A stretch of DNA of 64,000 bases from Patescibacteria group bacterium (lineage in GTDB: Bacteria > Patescibacteriota > UBA1384 > XYA2-FULL-43-10 > 1-14-0-10-43-13), in the NCBI GenBank assembly GCA_041674765.1, contig JBAYVE010000004.1, positions 26,751 through 90,750 of the forward strand. The letters are read 5' to 3'. Below the pieces are notes generated by a model. That model was not told the DNA's origin. It ran no database searches and saw nothing but the letters and a program-made list of their open reading frames with translations. The position numbers and the translations under genes were made by a program. Each line of letters begins with the position of its first letter. Positions within the stretch are counted from its first letter, which is position 1. Positions 50,971 to 60,526 of the stretch are shown one piece after another.

Positions 50971-51943
50971 CGGTTTCGGCCGGATCGGCCGGGCTGCCGC
51001 CAAAATAATTACCGGACGCACTCAAATGGAATTGGTGGCTATCAATGATTTGACCGATGTCCCTACCCTAGCCCATTTGCTAAAGTATGATAGCTGCTAT
51101 GGCACATGGAAGTGTGAAGTTGGCTATGACGAGGGGGATATACTGATAGAAAAGCAAAGAATTCACGCCTATGCAGAGAAAGATCCGGCGTTGTTGCCAT
51201 GGCGTGAGCTTGGGATTGATATTGTTCTAGAATGTACTGGGCATTTTCTCACGACGAAAGATGCAGGGGCGCATCTAAAGGCAGGCGCCAAGAAGGTTAT
51301 ACTGTCTGCGCCGCCGAAGGATGAAACGCCGATGTATGTCATGGGAGTCAATGCTGGGAAATATGATGGAGAAAATATTGTTTCAAACGCTTCTTGCACA
51401 ACCAACTGTATAGCTCCTGTGATGAAGGTACTCGAAGATGAATTCGGCATTGAAAAGTCTCTGATGTCGACAATTCACTCCTATACTGCCGACCAGAATT
51501 TGGTTGATGGACCGCACAAGGATCTTCGACGCGCTAGAGCAGCAGGGATGAATATAGTCCCGACTTCGACGGGTGCGGCAAAAGCAGCATACAAAACTGT
51601 GCCGGCGCTTGAGGGTAAATTTGATGGTATTGCGCTCAGAGTGCCGACTCCGGTCGTTTCGCTTTCCGATATCACGGCTGTTCTCAAGAAAAATGTCACG
51701 GTTGAGGATATCAATAAGGCTTTTAAGTCGGCTGAAAAAGGTGTTATGTCGGGATTCCTAGCGACGACTGATGAGCAATTGGTCTCAATTGATTTTCGAG
51801 GATCTCAATTTTCGACGATTGTAGATCTATCTTTGACACAAGTGGTGGGCGATAATTTAGTCAAGGTGATCGCCTGGTATGATAACGAGTGGGGATACAG
51901 TGAGCGTTTGGTAGACTTGGCGGAGCTAATCAACAAGCGCTGA
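50954..51943 (+). CDS. gap: glyceraldehyde-3-phosphate dehydrogenase
   Basis: INGFGRIGR, ASCTTNCIAP. Confidence 0.95.
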   Translation: MKIAINGFGRIGRAAAKIITGRTQMELVAINDLTDVPTLAHLLKYDSCYGTWKCEVGYDEGDILIEKQRIHAYAEKDPALLPWRELGIDIVLECTGHFLTTKDAGAHLKAGAKKVILSAPPKDETPMYVMGVNAGKYDGENIVSNASCTTNCIAPVMKVLEDEFGIEKSLMSTIHSYTADQNLVDGPHKDLRRARAAGMNIVPTSTGAAKAAYKTVPALEGKFDGIALRVPTPVVSLSDITAVLKKNVTVEDINKAFKSAEKGVMSGFLATTDEQLVSIDFRGSQFSTIVDLSLTQVVGDNLVKVIAWYDNEWGYSERLVDLAELINKR

Positions 51944-52004
51944 TTAGCATTTTCAATTTTTTTGTCATTTGATCAGATGGACTCGCAGGCCCAGAATCTA
52001 GTGT

Positions 52005-52245
52005 TCTGTATTGTCATTCCCGCGGAGGCGGGAATCTATACAATGTAAATTCCTTTTATGAAACTATATTATGTTTATATATTAGCGAGTGAAAAGAACG
52101 GAACTTTGTATATTGGTGTTACTTCTGATTCAAAGAAAAGGGTTTGGCAACACAAGAATAAATTGGTAGTGGGAAGATTTATATTTTAATATTTAAGGCA
52201 AAACAACTTCCTCGATTCCCGCCTCCGCGGGAATGACGGACAAGG
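52005..52245. mobile_element. Truncated GIY-YIG nuclease mini-element bracketed by perfect 24-bp inverted hairpin repeats
   Basis: gtcattcccgcggaggcgggaatc at 52013-52036 and its exact reverse complement at 52214-52237; internal ORF 52058-52189. Confidence 0.75.
52058..52189 (+). pseudogene. GIY-YIG nuclease N-terminal fragment (43 codons)
   Basis: MKLYYVYILASEKNGTLYIGVTSDSKKRVWQHKNK matches the GIY-YIG signature; ORF stops well short of a full domain. Confidence 0.7.
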
Positions 52246-52253
52246 AGAAAAAT

Positions 52254-52484
52254 ATGTGTCTTGCGATTCCTGGAAAAATTGAAAAAATCGAAGGCTCAAA
52301 GGCATTCTTTAAATATGATCATAAAAAGTATGAAGTTGATATTCTGCTGGCACCCGAAGTCGAGATCGGTGACTGGATCCTAATGCATGATGGCCGGGCC
52401 CTTTCAAAAATTACAGAAGAGGAGGCCAAAGAAAATTTAGAGTTTATAAAACAACACAAGGAAATGGCCTGTCTGCCTCATTGA
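52254..52484 (+). CDS. hypC: hydrogenase maturation factor HypC
   Basis: MCLAIPGKI N-terminus with Cys2, about 77 aa. Confidence 0.8.
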   Translation: MCLAIPGKIEKIEGSKAFFKYDHKKYEVDILLAPEVEIGDWILMHDGRALSKITEEEAKENLEFIKQHKEMACLPH

Positions 52485-52497
52485 AATGCGAATATAT

Positions 52498-52911
52498 TTA
52501 CTTTATATTCCATAAAATACTGCTCATAAGAGCCCCCGCTCTTTTGAAGAAAGTTGGCTTTTGGGGAGAAGTTAGCCTCCTCAATTCATTGACCTTTAGT
52601 TGTTTGTTGTAGGCCGATTCTTGCTCGCGCAGCAATTTCGCATTTGATCCAGGAACAATAGCATCTCCTCTTCTCAGTGCCGCAAATTGCTCCGGATCAA
52701 AACCGGGAACTTTTGGCATTTCCGCAATTTCATTTTTGAGAAGTGCGATTCGAGCCAACCTTCCTACCTCTGCAGATCCTCTATTTGGGGCAGGTTTTTT
52801 GGTCAAGTTTTTGCTTGCCGGAGGCATTTTGGGAGATTGCTCTATCGGCTTTTGTTCTTCTGATTCTTCGAAAACTTGAGGTTCTTCTATTTCGCTATTT
52901 TCCACTCCCAT
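52498..52911 (-). CDS. hypothetical protein downstream of the ABC permease
   Basis: 137 aa; start overlaps the permease stop. Confidence 0.4.
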   Translation of the reverse strand: MGVENSEIEEPQVFEESEEQKPIEQSPKMPPASKNLTKKPAPNRGSAEVGRLARIALLKNEIAEMPKVPGFDPEQFAALRRGDAIVPGSNAKLLREQESAYNKQLKVNELRRLTSPQKPTFFKRAGALMSSILWNIK

Positions 52912-53705
52912 TACACATCCTTTCGGTTGAAAACAATTAGTGATCCGGCTAAGCCGAGAGCAAAAACTCCTAGTAATACATATATTTGGTAGTATTCAAA
53001 ACCTGTATTTCTCAATAATTTCTCAGGGTCATAGAGATAAAAAATCGAATACATATCTAAATTCTGTAATTTTTCTACCAGACGGGTAAGTGAGAGAAAG
53101 ACATAAGACCCAAGTGTGAAGGCGACAGTGAGTAGCATTACTCCGATTTTTGATTTGAGAATCGAAGAAAGAAATAGGCCAATACCATACAGTGCCCATA
53201 TCAACAACGTGGCGATGACAGTAAAGTTAGCAATGCCTTTGGCACTGATTGCAACATCAAATAAAATGCAGAATAAGTAGGTGAAAGAAGAAACGAAAAC
53301 AGTGATAAGGCTGGAGTAAAATAGAGCGGTGATTGCCTCAGCTAAAACTAGTTTTGTTCTAGAAATTGGCTGCGACAGGTTGAAATCCATCGTCCGTTTT
53401 TCGATTTGTCCGGCAATGGCCGAACCGGCTGCGCTACCTATATAGAAAGAAGTGATCAGAATGAAAAAAAGTGAGAAAAATTCCATTGATAGAAAACCTT
53501 CGATCGTACCGAAAGAGGCCATCCCTGAATCACCGAAAAATTTGGCAAAATCCTCCGGATAGCTTGAAATCAAGGCGTCGATGTCCATCTTTTTCATCGA
53601 AGGGAACATACTGATCATAAGAAACGTATACCCGACAAGACTGGCGATGTAGACTGCGACACTGTTTCTTTGTTCTTTCAATTTTTGTTTTATTATTGTA
53701 AACAT
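52911..53705 (-). CDS. ABC-2 type transporter permease
   Basis: Six hydrophobic helices; follows the ATPase gene. Confidence 0.75.
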   Translation of the reverse strand: MFTIIKQKLKEQRNSVAVYIASLVGYTFLMISMFPSMKKMDIDALISSYPEDFAKFFGDSGMASFGTIEGFLSMEFFSLFFILITSFYIGSAAGSAIAGQIEKRTMDFNLSQPISRTKLVLAEAITALFYSSLITVFVSSFTYLFCILFDVAISAKGIANFTVIATLLIWALYGIGLFLSSILKSKIGVMLLTVAFTLGSYVFLSLTRLVEKLQNLDMYSIFYLYDPEKLLRNTGFEYYQIYVLLGVFALGLAGSLIVFNRKDV

Positions 53706-53739
53706 AATGCGAATTAAGAAGATATGACTTTAAGTTGAA

Positions 53740-54621
53740 CTACTTATAAAAATGTAAAAATATCTCTTCTAGCGATGGTTCGGTAATTTTGAAATCGGTA
53801 ATATTAAATTTGGCCAGAGCTTTGATGATCTCGCCGTTTGGTCCGGCGGTCACAAACTTATAACCGTTGGTAGTACGGCCAATTTTCTTCAAGCCGGCGC
53901 TTTTCAGGGCGGAGAGGGGAATGGACTCTTTCGTTTCTACGAAAATAGTTCTAATATTTTTCTCTTTAAAATCCTCAATGTTTTCTATTTTTAGTAATTT
54001 GCCAGATTTTATGATACCAACTCGATCACAAATTTTTTCTGCTTCGGTCAGAATATGGGTTGAAAAGAAGGTGGTAGTTCCCCACTTCTTAGTCTCTAAA
54101 ATTGTATTGTAAAATTCTTGCTGGTTGATTGGATCCAAGCCGCTTGTAGGCTCATCGAGGATCAAAAGCTTCGGTTTATGCATTAGAGCCAATACTATCG
54201 CTAGTTTTTGTTTATTTCCCTTTGAATAAGCGCTAACTCTTTTTGATAAATTAAGCTCAAACCTTCTAAGCAGAACCTTCAGATAATTCTTATCAATTTT
54301 TTCTTTAAAGCCGCTGTAAAAATCGACGCACTCCTGGCCAGTCATATTCTCTTGCAGAAATATTTCTCCAGGCAGGAAGCCTATCCCCCTCCTGATTTGA
54401 ACGGATTTTTGATTTATATCAAGACCAAAAACCTGACCGCTCCCAGAGGATGGCCGAATCAAATCCAGAAGCAGGCGAATTGTGGTTGATTTGCCAGCGC
54501 CGTTTGGACCGATAAATCCAAATATCTCTCCCTCTTCTATTTCTAGATTCAAATCCTTGATGCCGATAACTTTGCCGCGGGAGTAGTATTTCGTTAAATT
54601 TTTTGTCTCGATGAGGTTCAT
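53740..54621 (-). CDS. ABC transporter ATP-binding protein
   Basis: GPNGAGKSTT Walker A, signature and Walker B regions. Confidence 0.9.
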   Translation of the reverse strand: MNLIETKNLTKYYSRGKVIGIKDLNLEIEEGEIFGFIGPNGAGKSTTIRLLLDLIRPSSGSGQVFGLDINQKSVQIRRGIGFLPGEIFLQENMTGQECVDFYSGFKEKIDKNYLKVLLRRFELNLSKRVSAYSKGNKQKLAIVLALMHKPKLLILDEPTSGLDPINQQEFYNTILETKKWGTTTFFSTHILTEAEKICDRVGIIKSGKLLKIENIEDFKEKNIRTIFVETKESIPLSALKSAGLKKIGRTTNGYKFVTAGPNGEIIKALAKFNITDFKITEPSLEEIFLHFYK

Positions 54622-54675
54622 ATACTGATTATAGCAATTCTTTTTTATTTTATAAACTTTATGACTTTCGACTGT

Positions 54676-55935
54676 TTAATGTGTTGCACAGGTGATACAG
54701 GGGTCATAAGCGCGAATGAGCATTTCAATATTTTTGTTTCTCTCTTTTACAGACAGGTCGTTTAATTTGGGAAGGAATAACGCCATATCTTTTTCCAGAG
54801 CTGGTAAGTTCTGAACCGTTGGAGTAACAAGGTCGCAACTGGTAATTCTCCCCTTATCATCAAGTTCATAATGATGAAAAAGAGTACCCCTTGGAGCTTC
54901 ACAAGCGGCAGTTCCGATACCAAATTTTTTTGGCAATTGTTGGTGTTCTTCTTTTATACTTTTTGATAGTTCTTCGAGTAATTCGACAGAATGTATGACA
55001 AAGTAATAATTTTCGATTGCTTGAGCTAATATATTGTCGAATGGATTGAGGAATGGCAGCTTTATCCCCAGTTCTTTCAAAATATCTTTTACAAAATCAT
55101 TTGGAAAAATATTTAGGTTTGTTCTAGCAGCGGCGCCAACTTGCATTATCTTGCCTTTTAGAGTTCCGAATTTTGTGCTGGTGTATTCTTTTAGCTCTTC
55201 ATCAATATAATCAGTATAATTCCCGGCTTCAAAAACTTGGCCTGTCGATGTCCATATATCTCCTTCATAGTAGGCAAATTTACCTTTTTGATGCAATGCG
55301 CTATCAATAATCTTGCGCTCTACTTCTGGATAATCGAAACTGGCAAAAAGTCTTAATGTTGATTCGGCTATTTCAATAACTGTTTGAGCGCTTCCTATTA
55401 ATTCTTTTAATTGGCTTTTTGCCGGATAAGATTTGAAACCGCCTGGGACATTGGTAATCGGGTGGACGGCTCTGCCGCCGATTACTTCGATAATTTTATC
55501 GGCGAATTTTTTGAGTTCGATCGCATTCTTGAACAGGTCGGGATGATTTTTTTGGAGTTCGAAGGATGAACTAACGCCGACATAGTCAGGCAAAACCAAA
55601 AGGTATAGATGTAGTGAATGACTCTGTATCATCTGTGCTGCGAGCATCAATTCACGCAACTTTATCGTCTGGTCCGACGGCGTTATACCGCAGGCGGCCT
55701 CAATGGCTTTTGTAGAGGTTACATTGTGTATGACCGGACAGATGCCACAAATTCTCGAAGTAATAATCGGGGCTTCCCAAAACTCTCGTCCGACTAAAAT
55801 TTTTTCGATAAAACGGTCGTTTTCGAGGCCAATAAATCTGGCCTTTTCAACTTCATTATTCCTCAGATGGGCATAAAATGCCGCATGGCCTTCAATTTTT
55901 GGTACTGCTTCCATGAAGAACTCTCCAAATTCCAA
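54676..55935 (-). CDS. hydA: [NiFe]-hydrogenase large (alpha) subunit, group 3b-like
   Basis: N-terminal RICGICPVIH and C-terminal DPCITCATH Ni-Fe ligating Cys pairs; about 419 aa. Confidence 0.85.
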   Translation of the reverse strand: MEFGEFFMEAVPKIEGHAAFYAHLRNNEVEKARFIGLENDRFIEKILVGREFWEAPIITSRICGICPVIHNVTSTKAIEAACGITPSDQTIKLRELMLAAQMIQSHSLHLYLLVLPDYVGVSSSFELQKNHPDLFKNAIELKKFADKIIEVIGGRAVHPITNVPGGFKSYPAKSQLKELIGSAQTVIEIAESTLRLFASFDYPEVERKIIDSALHQKGKFAYYEGDIWTSTGQVFEAGNYTDYIDEELKEYTSTKFGTLKGKIMQVGAAARTNLNIFPNDFVKDILKELGIKLPFLNPFDNILAQAIENYYFVIHSVELLEELSKSIKEEHQQLPKKFGIGTAACEAPRGTLFHHYELDDKGRITSCDLVTPTVQNLPALEKDMALFLPKLNDLSVKERNKNIEMLIRAYDPCITCATH

Positions 55936-56193
55936 AATATTACGAATTAACAGTGCAATTTTTCTTAATTCTTTGTTTAAATCAACATAATGTTATTCAC
56001 TGATCAGTAAGCCAATACCCTTTTAATCGTGATTCCCTAAAACCCTATTAAATGTATTTATTCTTCGAATGGTGCTCTTAAAAATGAGAAGTCTGTTACT
56101 GTATTAATAAGTGACCATAGTTCTCGTCGTTCCTCCTCGAACAATAAGGAACAGGGAAATAGTAAGGTTTTCGGGATCACGTTCTTTTACCTA

Positions 56194-56222
56194 TTGACAA
56201 AAGTAACAATTAAGTATATAAT
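56194..56222 (+). promoter_or_regulatory. consensus sigma70 promoter TTGACA, 17-nt spacer, TATAAT
   Basis: Read directly at 56194-56199 and 56217-56222. Confidence 0.65.
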
Positions 56223-56228
56223 GAGTAT

Positions 56229-56356
56229 ATTGTTACTTTAGTTGTGGGTGTGGCGTTAAGCCGTGCCTCTCGCGGCAGACGAGTTTATCTGCCGGAAGGA
56301 AGGGCCGCAGAAATGTGGTAGATACGACTCGTCGGACACAACCGACGAGTCTTTTT
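56229..56356 (+). ncRNA. ffs: putative small RNA, possibly SRP RNA (4.5S-like)
   Basis: Starts about 7 nt after the -10 box; contains CCGGAAGGAAG (the apical GGAA tetraloop region of SRP domain IV in E. coli and B. subtilis, as I recall it); ends in hairpin gactcgtcgg/ccgacgagtc + T5. Confidence 0.4.
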
Positions 56357-56357
56357 A
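56326..56357 (+). terminator. intrinsic terminator (hairpin + T5); A-tract on the other side allows bidirectional use after hydD
   Basis: gactcgtcgg acacaa ccgacgagtc ttttt. Confidence 0.75.
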
Positions 56358-57041
56358 TTTATCCAAATTTCCATAAATCGTGAACAGATTCTCTGTTTCT
56401 TCCCTCTCCACCATTGTATCAAGAATTTGCTTCAATTTCTTTACGTTCGGCTGGGGTATCGGGCCACGGCAGCCGAGACAGGCTTCGCCATTATTAACAC
56501 AGACAGAATTGCAGCCCATGCGAGTGATCGGCCCAAGGCAAGCTTTTCTATTTTTCAATCGGCATTCGTTTTCATTTTGCCGGCATTCGAAGCATACGGC
56601 CAGATCTGGAAGTGTGAATTCTTTCCCCCAATAAATGTCCAAGAGGCACTTATAGAGCTCTTCGTGACGGATCGGGCAGCCAGGGATGATGAAATCAACC
56701 TTTATTACCTCGGGGACCGTTTTGACTTTATCAGTTTTCGTGAATTCTTTCCCGTTTCGTTCTGATTGTATCCCTCCCAAATGCGCGCAGGCTCCAAGGG
56801 CGATGATAATTCCTGATTCTTTTCGTATTTTTTTTAGATGCTCAATCTGTTCTTTGCTGCCAGGGGAGCCCTCAACGATGGCAACATCATAGGGCCCTTC
56901 TTCTTTTTTATTTGAGCCGAGCCGGAAGTTCTTTATATCAAAATAGTCCAGTAGTTTGCTGAACTCTTCATAACTATTTAGCATTTCAAATTGACAACCT
57001 TCACAGCTTGTAAGCGAAAATATGGCAAGTGACTTCCTCAT
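56355..57041 (-). CDS. hydD: [NiFe]-hydrogenase small (delta) subunit
   Basis: LTSCEGCQ and GACAHLGG...GCPI Fe-S ligating motifs; start at MRKSLAIF. Confidence 0.8.
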   Translation of the reverse strand: MRKSLAIFSLTSCEGCQFEMLNSYEEFSKLLDYFDIKNFRLGSNKKEEGPYDVAIVEGSPGSKEQIEHLKKIRKESGIIIALGACAHLGGIQSERNGKEFTKTDKVKTVPEVIKVDFIIPGCPIRHEELYKCLLDIYWGKEFTLPDLAVCFECRQNENECRLKNRKACLGPITRMGCNSVCVNNGEACLGCRGPIPQPNVKKLKQILDTMVEREETENLFTIYGNLDK

Positions 57042-57097
57042 AAAACTCCTAATTAAATTCCAACTGCAACGCCCAACATCCATTCAAATTCTAAATT

Positions 57098-57469
57098 CTA
57101 TTTTTTCAAGATAGCTGCAAAAATAAGTATCAATTCATGAACTTCCTTGTAAATTTTTGCAGCCCAATCTCGCTTATTCGGATCTGCTTTCACAATCATC
57201 CTGAGCCAATGTAATGTTTCTTTAGCTTCTTTCTTGGCTATGGCAATCTTGTTCTGAAAATCTTTTTTTGAGTTTGCTTCGTTTGCTTCAGCATAATTAG
57301 CCCCTATACTTGTTCCGGATCGGACGATCTGACTTATCAATGGATTGGTAATAACTGATCCCTTAATATTTTGGCAAAATTCAATAACATCTTCGCCAAC
57401 CTTAGCCGTTCTATCCAGTAGATCGAATTTCTGAATATTGGAATTTGGTTGTTGATTGGATGTTGACAT
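57098..57469 (-). CDS. four-helix-bundle protein (23S rRNA-IVS / Avd-like family), copy 1
   Basis: SIGANYAEANEANSKKDF..AKKEAKETLHWL family signature. Confidence 0.75.
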   Translation of the reverse strand: MSTSNQQPNSNIQKFDLLDRTAKVGEDVIEFCQNIKGSVITNPLISQIVRSGTSIGANYAEANEANSKKDFQNKIAIAKKEAKETLHWLRMIVKADPNKRDWAAKIYKEVHELILIFAAILKK

Positions 57470-57513
57470 TGATATTTGGAATTTAACTCAGGGTAATTTA
57501 AATTGTTAATTAA

Positions 57514-58314
57514 TTATTTATTTAACTCTGGCTGAATATGATCCCACCGGAAAACCGGTCCGTCCTTACAGACTAAGTGTTTTCCGCAGTTGCAATGCTG
57601 ACAAACGCCGATTCCGCACTCCATCCGTCTCTCCATCGAAACGTAGATTTGGTCATCCAAAACACCACGTTTGTTTAACTCGCTGATCACGTATTGGTAC
57701 ATAATCTCCGGTCCGCAGATAAAAACCAGCGCTTTCTTTGCATTAAATTCTAGCGTCCTGATCGGCTCAGTAATCAAACCCTTTTTGCCGAAAAAATGTC
57801 TATCTGATCTCTCGGCATAGGCTTCAACATCAATTAAATCTTGGAGTTTCTCAATTTCATCGTAAAAGACAAAATGGTGTGATGTCTTGGCGCCGGCGAT
57901 AAGATGGATCTTCTTGTTCTTTGATCTTTTAATCGTAAGATCATGGAGAAGCGACCGGATTGGAACCATGCCCATTCCTCCGCCGACAAGAATCAGCTCT
58001 CTATTTTTAATCTGATCTATTGGCCAGCCGTTGCCGTATGGGCCTCTTATTTTCAAGCTATCGCCCACTAGCAGATTTGAAATCGCAGCAGATCTGTTGC
58101 CGTTAGCTCTGATGCAGAGTTCGAAAAAATCAATATTCTTATGGTGAGAGCAGGGAGCGAGAGTTATGGTTCCGAAGTGATCCAGGGCGGCTTCTATAAA
58201 TTGGCCGGGTTTGAAATCTAGATGCCCTTCAAGCCGGAATAAAAAAGATTCGGGAGCTATCTCTTCTTTATCGAGTATCCTATATTCTTTGTATGATAAA
58301 TTAAGCATTGGCAT
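57514..58314 (-). CDS. hydG: hydrogenase gamma subunit (FAD/NAD(P)-binding oxidoreductase with C-terminal 2Fe-2S Cys cluster)
   Basis: FNR-like fold, CGIGVCQHCNCG. Confidence 0.8.
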   Translation of the reverse strand: MPMLNLSYKEYRILDKEEIAPESFLFRLEGHLDFKPGQFIEAALDHFGTITLAPCSHHKNIDFFELCIRANGNRSAAISNLLVGDSLKIRGPYGNGWPIDQIKNRELILVGGGMGMVPIRSLLHDLTIKRSKNKKIHLIAGAKTSHHFVFYDEIEKLQDLIDVEAYAERSDRHFFGKKGLITEPIRTLEFNAKKALVFICGPEIMYQYVISELNKRGVLDDQIYVSMERRMECGIGVCQHCNCGKHLVCKDGPVFRWDHIQPELNK

Positions 58315-59278
58315 CGACTTTTTTTAACCTATCTTCTTCCTCCGCTATATTGGCCAGCGTCTGAATTATTTTTTTCTGATTGAGATTGGCCGGGCAAGCT
58401 TTGATACAACGTCCACAACCGGTACAGAGAATTTGACCACTTGATTGTTTGGCTCTGACAAATTTATGATGATACCAATTGTATAGACGGTCAGCATTTT
58501 CTGGTCGATAGTCAAAGTGATTTTGAATTTCAGAAAAGCTTTTAGAAAAACAGCTATCCCATGAGAGACAATGCCGGCAGCCAGATTTTTCATCATTGAC
58601 AATCTCCTGTTTGGTACAATAGCAAAGCGGACAAACCGCTGTACATGCACCGCAGCCAAAACAGTTCGAAGCTATTCCTTGCCAAAAAGCTTTAGAGCCA
58701 GCCTTGTCTTCTATCTTCTGCTCTAAGAGATTCAGATTTATAATTTCCGAGTTTTTTTCGATTGGTGTAATTGGCCTAGCTTTGGGGTCGTTTTTTATTC
58801 CACAATCAATTAAAATCTTTTGGCCCCGGGTTGAACCGCTGAAGATGTCGTATTTCTTACCGTTGGATTGGATATGGAGGTCAAACGATTTAACCTCGTT
58901 ATGGCCGAAAGCAGTGCAGAAGCACTCTCCGTCAGGTTTGCACTCTGTTGAGATAACTAGCGGCTTTCCGGGTAATAAATTGGTTTCCGAAAATTCCTTG
59001 TATAATTTTGCTAGAGCAATTACATCGCAATTTGTAAGACCGAAAAAAGCTAGTTTCCTCGCTTCCTTTTTTGCGGGCAGATATTGGAAGTGGTTTGGCC
59101 AGACTATCCCCTTGAAAGGCATGGTTGTCTTTGGGGTTGGTATAGGTATTTGATGGAAGTTTTGCAAAATTCCGAATTTAATATCCCCACCCTCTTTTTT
59201 GGTGCCAAAAATACTATATTCCCTTTCGATATAGCGGAAAATATGTTCAAGCTGAAACTCGGTGACTATTGATTTCAT
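58301..59278 (-). CDS. hydB: hydrogenase beta subunit (4Fe-4S cluster protein)
   Basis: CFGCGACTAVCP and CTGCGRCIKACP ferredoxin motifs. Confidence 0.8.
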   Translation of the reverse strand: MKSIVTEFQLEHIFRYIEREYSIFGTKKEGGDIKFGILQNFHQIPIPTPKTTMPFKGIVWPNHFQYLPAKKEARKLAFFGLTNCDVIALAKLYKEFSETNLLPGKPLVISTECKPDGECFCTAFGHNEVKSFDLHIQSNGKKYDIFSGSTRGQKILIDCGIKNDPKARPITPIEKNSEIINLNLLEQKIEDKAGSKAFWQGIASNCFGCGACTAVCPLCYCTKQEIVNDEKSGCRHCLSWDSCFSKSFSEIQNHFDYRPENADRLYNWYHHKFVRAKQSSGQILCTGCGRCIKACPANLNQKKIIQTLANIAEEEDRLKKVDANA

Positions 59279-59378
59279 CTCTTTTTATTTTATCTTTTTC
59301 GAGTTGAAACAGCAATTGTTTGCTGGTATCGCTTTATTATAGTAAAATTATCTTAGGGTTATTAGGTACGAGGGAATT

Positions 59379-60497
59379 ATGGAACTATTACAAGACGTTT
59401 CTTTGAGGGGAAAGAAGGTATTTCTCCGGGTTGATTTTAATGTACCTTTGGAAAAGGGTAAGATTTTAGATAACAACAGAATCAAGGCGGCTATTCCGAC
59501 TATTAGATTCCTAGCGGAAAGCCGGGCTATTATAATTATCGGAACTCATTGCGGCCGTCCGGAAGGAAAACCCAGTCCTGAAACTTCCGTGGCACTGATT
59601 GCCAAGGAATTAGAAAGAGTATTGAACCTAAAAGTTTTGATGGCAGAGGGTATTGTCGGAGAAAATATAAAAGGCGTAATAGATAGCTTACATCCAGGTC
59701 AAATTATCGTGCTAGAGAATCTTCGCTGGGACCCACGGGAGGAAGCCAACGACCCGGCATTTGCCAAAGAATTAGCCGGGTATGCTGATATATATGTCAA
59801 CGACGCTTTCGCAGTGTCTCATAGGGCAAATTCATCGGTTGATGCGATCACCAAATTTTTGCCAAGTTATGCCGGACTTTTGATGCAGTCAGAAATTACA
59901 AATCTGAGGCTCCTTTTGGAGAAGCCGGTTCGTCCCTTCGTTTTAATTGTCGGAGGCATAAAGGTGGCCGATAAAGCGGCGATGATCAAGAGGCTTGCCC
60001 CTCTAGCGGACAAAATTCTTGTCGGCGGCGGAGTGGCTAACACATTTTTGAAAGCAAGAGGCCAGGATATCGGGAAATCGGTTTTTGACGAGGAAATGAT
60101 TGCTGAGTGCAAAACAATGCTTGAAAAATTCGGTAGCAAGATTGTTTTGCCGGTAGACAGTGTTAGAGAAGATTTGGGAAGCGGCGAGTTTGGGATTATG
60201 GATATAGGACCGGAGACTAGAAAAATTTTTATTTCGGAAATATTGAATGCCAAGACAGTTTTGTGGAATGGCAATCTTGGCAAGAGCGAAGACGAAAAAT
60301 ATAGGGATGGTATGAGAGACGTAGCAATGGCGATGGCAAAAATTAGGCAGCACACCGTTGTGGCCGGAGGAGATACGGCCGCCTTTGTAATAGAAGAAAA
60401 ATTAAATAATGGCATTGCCTTCATTTCTACCGGCGGCGGCGCTGCCCTGGAATTTTTGGCAGGGGAGAAATTGCCTGGGATAGAAGCTCTACGATAA
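59379..60497 (+). CDS. pgk: phosphoglycerate kinase
   Basis: VFLRVDFNVPL N-terminus, 372 aa. Confidence 0.9.
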   Translation: MELLQDVSLRGKKVFLRVDFNVPLEKGKILDNNRIKAAIPTIRFLAESRAIIIIGTHCGRPEGKPSPETSVALIAKELERVLNLKVLMAEGIVGENIKGVIDSLHPGQIIVLENLRWDPREEANDPAFAKELAGYADIYVNDAFAVSHRANSSVDAITKFLPSYAGLLMQSEITNLRLLLEKPVRPFVLIVGGIKVADKAAMIKRLAPLADKILVGGGVANTFLKARGQDIGKSVFDEEMIAECKTMLEKFGSKIVLPVDSVREDLGSGEFGIMDIGPETRKIFISEILNAKTVLWNGNLGKSEDEKYRDGMRDVAMAMAKIRQHTVVAGGDTAAFVIEEKLNNGIAFISTGGGAALEFLAGEKLPGIEALR

Positions 60498-60526
60498 TTG
60501 CTATATTGCTTTATTGTTAGATTGTT

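Noticed and set aside
55936-56190. Searched the hydD-hydA gap and the other long intergenic regions (932-1226, 39701-40116, 51944-52057) for tRNA or rRNA
   Set aside because: No cloverleaf-compatible sequence with a GTTC T-loop and acceptor pairing was found. No rRNA-like conserved blocks were found either. Only repeats and regulatory hairpins are present.
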